A DNA stretch of 64,000 nt from Auanema rhodensis (taxonomy: Eukaryota > Animalia > Nematoda): NCBI GenBank assembly GCA_964057225.1, contig OZ059900.1, positions 1,550,001 through 1,614,000 on the forward strand, in the 5' to 3' direction. Positions 58,600-64,000 of this stretch are shown one piece after another. The notes below the pieces were generated by a model. It made no database searches and was not told where the DNA came from. It was given only the letters and a program-made list of their open reading frames with translations. The position numbers were made by a program, and so were the translations under genes. Position 1 is the first letter of the stretch. Every line of letters starts with the position of its first letter.

Positions 58600-61500
58600 T
58601 GATACTCGTAAATTTTGATCATATTCGGTGAGATTCGAGGATCGAACACACAATACACGAAATGAGTTTATTTTGACGAGTTTGCACTGATATTTATTCA
58701 TTTTGATCAAAAAAGGTCGAAAATAGAAAGAATTTTTGAAATTTCCGAGTTTTGAGTCTAATTTGGCTAAATCGCTCATATACATGATCAGAAGCATAGT
58801 TTTATTGTCTATGACAACAAAAGTCATCAATTAAACGCTAGTGATGTTTAAATACTGATTTTCGCTCAAATAGCATTACTACACTAAGTATGGTCGTTTT
58901 TATGCCTTTAACACCATATACTCACCGATTTTTGGTACAAAATCTGTAATACTCGTAAATTTTGATCATATTCGTTAAGATTTGAAAATCAAACACACAA
59001 TAAACAAAATCAGTCTATTTTTATGAGCTTGCACTGATATATATTCATTTTGATCAAAAAAGGTCGAAAATAGAAAGAATTTTTGAAATTTACGAGTTTT
59101 GAGTCTAATTTGGCTAAATCGCTCATATATATGATCAAAAGCATAGTTTTACTGTCTATGATAACAAAAGTCTTCAAATATACACTAATAATGTGTAAAT
59201 CACTGAATTTCACTCAAATGCATTACTACACTAAGTATGGTCGTTTTTATGCCTTTAACACCATATACTCACCGATTTTTGGTACAAAATCTGTAATACT
59301 TGTAAATTTTGATCATATTCGTTAAGATTCGAGAATCAAACACACAATACACGAAATAAGTTTATTTTTACGAGTTTGCACTGATATTTATTCATTTTGA
59401 TCAAAAAAGGTCGAAAATAGAAAGAATTTTTGAAATTTCCGAGTTTTGAGTCTAATTTGGCTAAATCGCTCATATACATGATCAGAAGCATAGTTTTATT
59501 GTCTATGACAACAAAAGTCATCAATTAAACGCTAGTGATGTTTAAATACTGATTTTCGCTCAAATAGCATTACTACACTAAGTATGGTCGTTTTTATGCC
59601 TTTAACACCATATACTCACCGATTTTTGGTACAAAATCTGTAATACTCGTAAATTTTGATCATATTCGTTAAGATTTGAGAATCAAACACACAATAAACA
59701 AAATCAGTCTATTTTTATGAGCTTGCACTGATATATATTCATTTTGATCAAAAAAGGTCGAAAATAGAAAGAATTTTTGAATTTTCCGAGTTTTGAGTCC
59801 AATTGGGCTAAATCGCTCATATATATGATCAAAAGCATAGTTTTATTGTCTATAACAACAAAAGTCATCAATTAAACGCTAGTGATGTTTAAATACTGAA
59901 TTTCACTCAAATAGCATTACTACACTAAGTATGGTCGTTTTTATGCCTTTAACACCATATACTCACCGATTTTTGGTACAAAATCTGTGATACTCGTAAA
60001 TTTTGATCATATTCGGTGAGATTCGAGAATCAAACACACAATACACGAAATAAGTTTATTTTTACGAGTTTGCACTGATATTTATTCATTTTGATCAAAA
60101 AAGGTCGAAAATAGAAAGAATTTTTGAAATTTCCGAGTTTTGAGTCTAATTTGGCTAAATCGCTCATATATATGATCAAAAGCATAGTTTTATTGTCTAT
60201 GACAACAAAAGTCATCAATTAAACGCTAGTGATGTTTAAATACTGAATTTCGCTCAAATAGCATTACTACACTAAGTATGGTCGTTTTTATGCCTTTAAC
60301 ACCATATACTCACCGATTTTTGGTACAAAATCTGTAATACTCGTAAATTTTGATCATATTCGTTAAGATTTGAGAATCAAACATACAATACACAAAATCA
60401 GTCTATTTTTATGAGCTTGCACTGATATATATTCATTTTGATCAAAAAAGGTCGAAAATAGAAAGAATTTTTGAAATTTACGAGTTTTGAATCTAATTTG
60501 GCTAAATCGCTCATATATATGATCAAAAGCATAGTTTTACTGTCTATGATAACAAAAGTCTTCAAATATACACTAATAATGATTAAATCACTGAATTTCA
60601 CTCAAATAGCATTACTACACTAAGTATGGTCGTTTTCATGCCTTTAACACCATATACTCACCGATTTTTGGTACAAAATCTGTGATACTCGTAAATTTCG
60701 ATCATATTCGGTGAGATTCGAGAATCAAACACACAATACACGAAATAAGTTTATTTTTACGAGTTTGCACTGATATTTATTCATTTTGATCAAAAAAGGT
60801 CGAAAATAGAAAGAATTTTTGAAATTTCCGAGTTTTGAGTCTAATTTGGCTAAATCGCTCATATATATGATCAAAAGCATAGTTTTATTGTCTATGACAA
60901 CAAAAGTCATCAATTAAACGCTAGTGATGTTTAAATACTGAATTTCGCTCAAATAGCATTACTACACTAAGTATGGTCGTTTTTATGCCTTTAACACCAT
61001 ATACTCACCGATTTTTGCTACAAAATCTGTGATACTCGTAAATTTTGATCATATTCGGTGAGATTCGAGGATCGAACACACAATACACGAAATAAGTTTA
61101 TTTTGACGAGTTTGCACTGATATTTATTCATTTTGATCAAAAAAGGTCGAAAATAGAAAGAATTTTTGAAATTTCCGAGTTTTGAGTCTAATTTGGCTAA
61201 ATCGCTCATATACATGATCAGAAGCATAGTTTTATTGTCTATGACAACAAAAGTCATCAATTAAACGCTAGTGATGTTTAAATACTGATTTTCGCTCAAA
61301 TAGCATTTCTACACTAAGTATGGTCGTTTTTATGCCTTTAACACCATATACTCACCGATTTTTGGTACAAAATCTGTAATACTCGTAAATTTTGATCATA
61401 TTCGTTAAAATTTGAAAATCAAACACACAATAAACAAAATCAGTCTATTTTTATGAGCTTGCACTGATATATATTCATTTTGATCAAAAAAGGTCGAAAA

Positions 61501-63670
61501 TAGAAAGAATTTTTGAAATTTACGAGTTTTGAGTCTAATTTGGCTAAATCGCTCATATATATGATCAAAAGCATAGTTTTACTGTCTATGATAACAAAAG
61601 TCTTCAAATATACACTAATAATGTGTAAATCACTGAATTTCACTCAAATGCATTACTACACTAAGTATGGTCGTTTTTATGCCTTTAACACCATATACTC
61701 ACCGATTTTTGGTACAAAATCTGTAATACTTGTAAATTTTGATCATATTCGTTAAGATTCGAGAATCAAACACACAATACACGAAATAAGTTTATTTTCA
61801 CGAGTTTGCACTGATATTTATTCATTTTGATCAAAAAAGGTCGAAAATAGAAAGAATTTTTGAAATTTCCGAGTTTTGAGTCTAATTTGGCTAAATCGCT
61901 CATATACATGATCAGAAGCATAGTTTTATTGTCTATGACAACAAAAGTCATCAATTAAACGCTAGTGATGTTTAAATACTGATTTTCGCTCAAATAGCAT
62001 TACTACACTAAGTATGGTCGTTTTTATGCCTTTAACACCATATACTCACCGATTTTTGGTACAAAATCTGTAATACTCGTAAATTTTGATCATATTCGGT
62101 GAGATTCGAGAATCAAACACACAATACACGAAATAAGTTTATTTTTACGAGTTTGCACTGATATTTATTCATTTTGATCAAAAAAGGTCGAAAATAGAAA
62201 GAATTTTTGAAATTTCCGAGTTTTGAGTCTAATTTGGCTAAATCGCTCATATATATGATCAAAAGCATAGTTTTATTGTCTATGACAACAATAGTCATCA
62301 ATTAAACGCTAGTGATGTTTAAATACTGAATTTCGCTCAAATAGCATTACTACACTAAGTATGGTCGTTTTTATGCCTTTAACACCATATACTCACCGAT
62401 TTTTGGTACAAAATCTGTAATACTCGTAAATTTTGATCATATTCGTTAAGATTTGAGAATCAAACATACAATACACAAAATCAGTCTATTTTTATGAGCT
62501 TGCACTGATATATATTCATTTTGATCAAAAAAGGTCGAAAATAGAAAGAATTTTTGAAATTTACGAGTTTTGAGTCTAATTTGGCTAAATCGCTCATATA
62601 TATGATCAAAAGCATAGTTTTACTGTCTATGATAACAAAAGTCTTCAAATATACACTAATAATGTGTAAATCACTGAATTTCACTCAAATGCATTACTAC
62701 ACTAAGTATGGTCGTTTTTATGCCTTTAACACCATATACTCACCGATTTTTGGTACAAAATCTGTAATACTTGTAAATTTTGATCATATTCGTTAAGATT
62801 CGAGAATCAAACACACAATACACGAAATAAGTTTATTTTTACGAGTTTGCACTGATATTTATTCATTTTGATCAAAAAAGGTCGAAAATAGAAAGAATTT
62901 TTGAAATTTCCGAGTTTTGAGTCTAATTTGGCTAAATCGCTCATATACATGATCAGAAGCATAGTTTTATTGTCTATGACAACAAAAGTCATCAATTAAA
63001 CGCTAGTGATGTTTAAATACTGATTTTCGCTCAAATAGCATTACTACACTAAGTATGGTCGTTTTTATGCCTTTAACACCATATACTCACCGATTTTTGG
63101 TACAAAATCTGTAATACTCGTAAATTTTGATCATATTCGGTGAGATTCGAGAATCAAACACACAATACACGAAATAAGTTTATTTTTACGAGTTTGCACT
63201 GATATTTATTCATTTTGATCAAAAAAGGTCGAAAATAGAAAGAATTTTTGAAATTTCCGAGTTTTGAGTCTAATTTGGCTAAATCGCTCATATATATGAT
63301 CAAAAGCATAGTTTTATTGTCTATGACAACAAAAGTCATCAATTAAACGCTAGTGATGTTTAAATACTGAATTTCGCTCAAATAGCATTACTACACTAAG
63401 TATGGTCGTTTTTATGCCTTTAACACCATATACTCACCGATTTTTGGTACAAAATCTGTAATACTCGTAAATTTTGATCATATTCGTTAAGATTTGAGAA
63501 TCAAACATACAATACACAAAATCAGTCTATTTTTATGAGCTTGCACTGATATATATTCATTTTGATCAAAAAAGGTCGAAAATAGAAAGAATTTTTGAAA
63601 TTTACGAGTTTTGAATCTAATTTGGCTAAATCGCTCATATATATGATCAAAAGCATAGTTTTACTGTCTA
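58600..63670. repeat. Distal block with 7-monomer (2430 bp) and 3-monomer (1041 bp) periodicities
   Basis: ORFs 59010/61440 and 59336/61766 (offset 2430). ORFs 61766/62807, 62113/63154 and 62481/63522 (offset 1041). Confidence 0.75.
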
Positions 63671-64000
63671 TGATAACAAAAGTCTTCAAATATACACTAA
63701 TAATGATTAAATCACTGAATTTCACTCAAATAGCATTACTACACTAAGTATGGTCGTTTTTATGCCTTTAACACCATATACTCACTGATTTTTGGTACAA
63801 AATCTGTGATACTCGTAAATTTTGATCATATTCGGTGAGATTCGAGAATCAAACATACAATACACAAAATCAGTCTATTTTTATGAGCTTGCACTGATAT
63901 ATATTCATTTTGATCAAAAAAGGTCGAAAATAGAAAGAATTTTTGAAATTTACGAGTTTTGAATCTAATTTGGCTAAATCGCTCATATATATGATCAAAA

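Larger units (their letters stand above)
1..64000. repeat. AT-rich satellite DNA array, 347-348 bp monomer, ~184 head-to-tail copies, extends beyond both window ends
   Basis: AAAAGGTCGAAAATAGAAAG recurs at 1 and 348 and onward with period 347/348. ORF-track coordinates step by 347/348 to the end of the window. No unique sequence or strand switch seen. Confidence 0.99.

Noticed and set aside
198-63725. Repeated 61-101 aa minus-strand ORFs (MMTFVVIDNK..., MKFSDL...)
   Set aside because: These are one chance open frame per monomer. Many begin at non-ATG codons, ends vary with single SNPs, and stops and frameshifts are common. No recognisable domain, and the K/F/I/N-rich composition reflects AT content. 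Used only as barcodes.
1-64000. CRISPR array or integron-like cassette array
   Set aside because: There are no unique spacers or cassettes because the whole unit is repeated, and there are no cas or integrase genes.

Overview
The whole 64 kb window is one uninterrupted head-to-tail array of an AT-rich satellite. It has about 184 monomers of 347-348 bp (rarely 349) and is about 30% GC by hand count of bases 1-347. I found no credible genes, RNA genes, transposon insertions, inversions or CRISPR array; every ORF in the track is the same short open frame recurring once per monomer. The array is not featureless. Monomers are mosaics of a few alternative variant blocks, and the ORF offsets and rare variants act as barcodes for nested higher-order structure. 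That structure includes 2-, 3-, 4-, 5-, 6-, 7-, 13-, 19- and 24-monomer duplications inside a very recent ~26.75 kb (77-monomer) tandem macro-duplication. The second macro copy differs by +5, +6 and -1 monomers, and several junctions can be mapped to a few bases. The monomer shows traces of an ancient ~177+170 bp dimer, many dyad symmetries, and CpG enrichment with CpG-centred transitions. It most likely comes from eukaryotic (peri)centromeric heterochromatin. I cannot name the organism or satellite family from the sequence alone, and all comparisons were made by eye.
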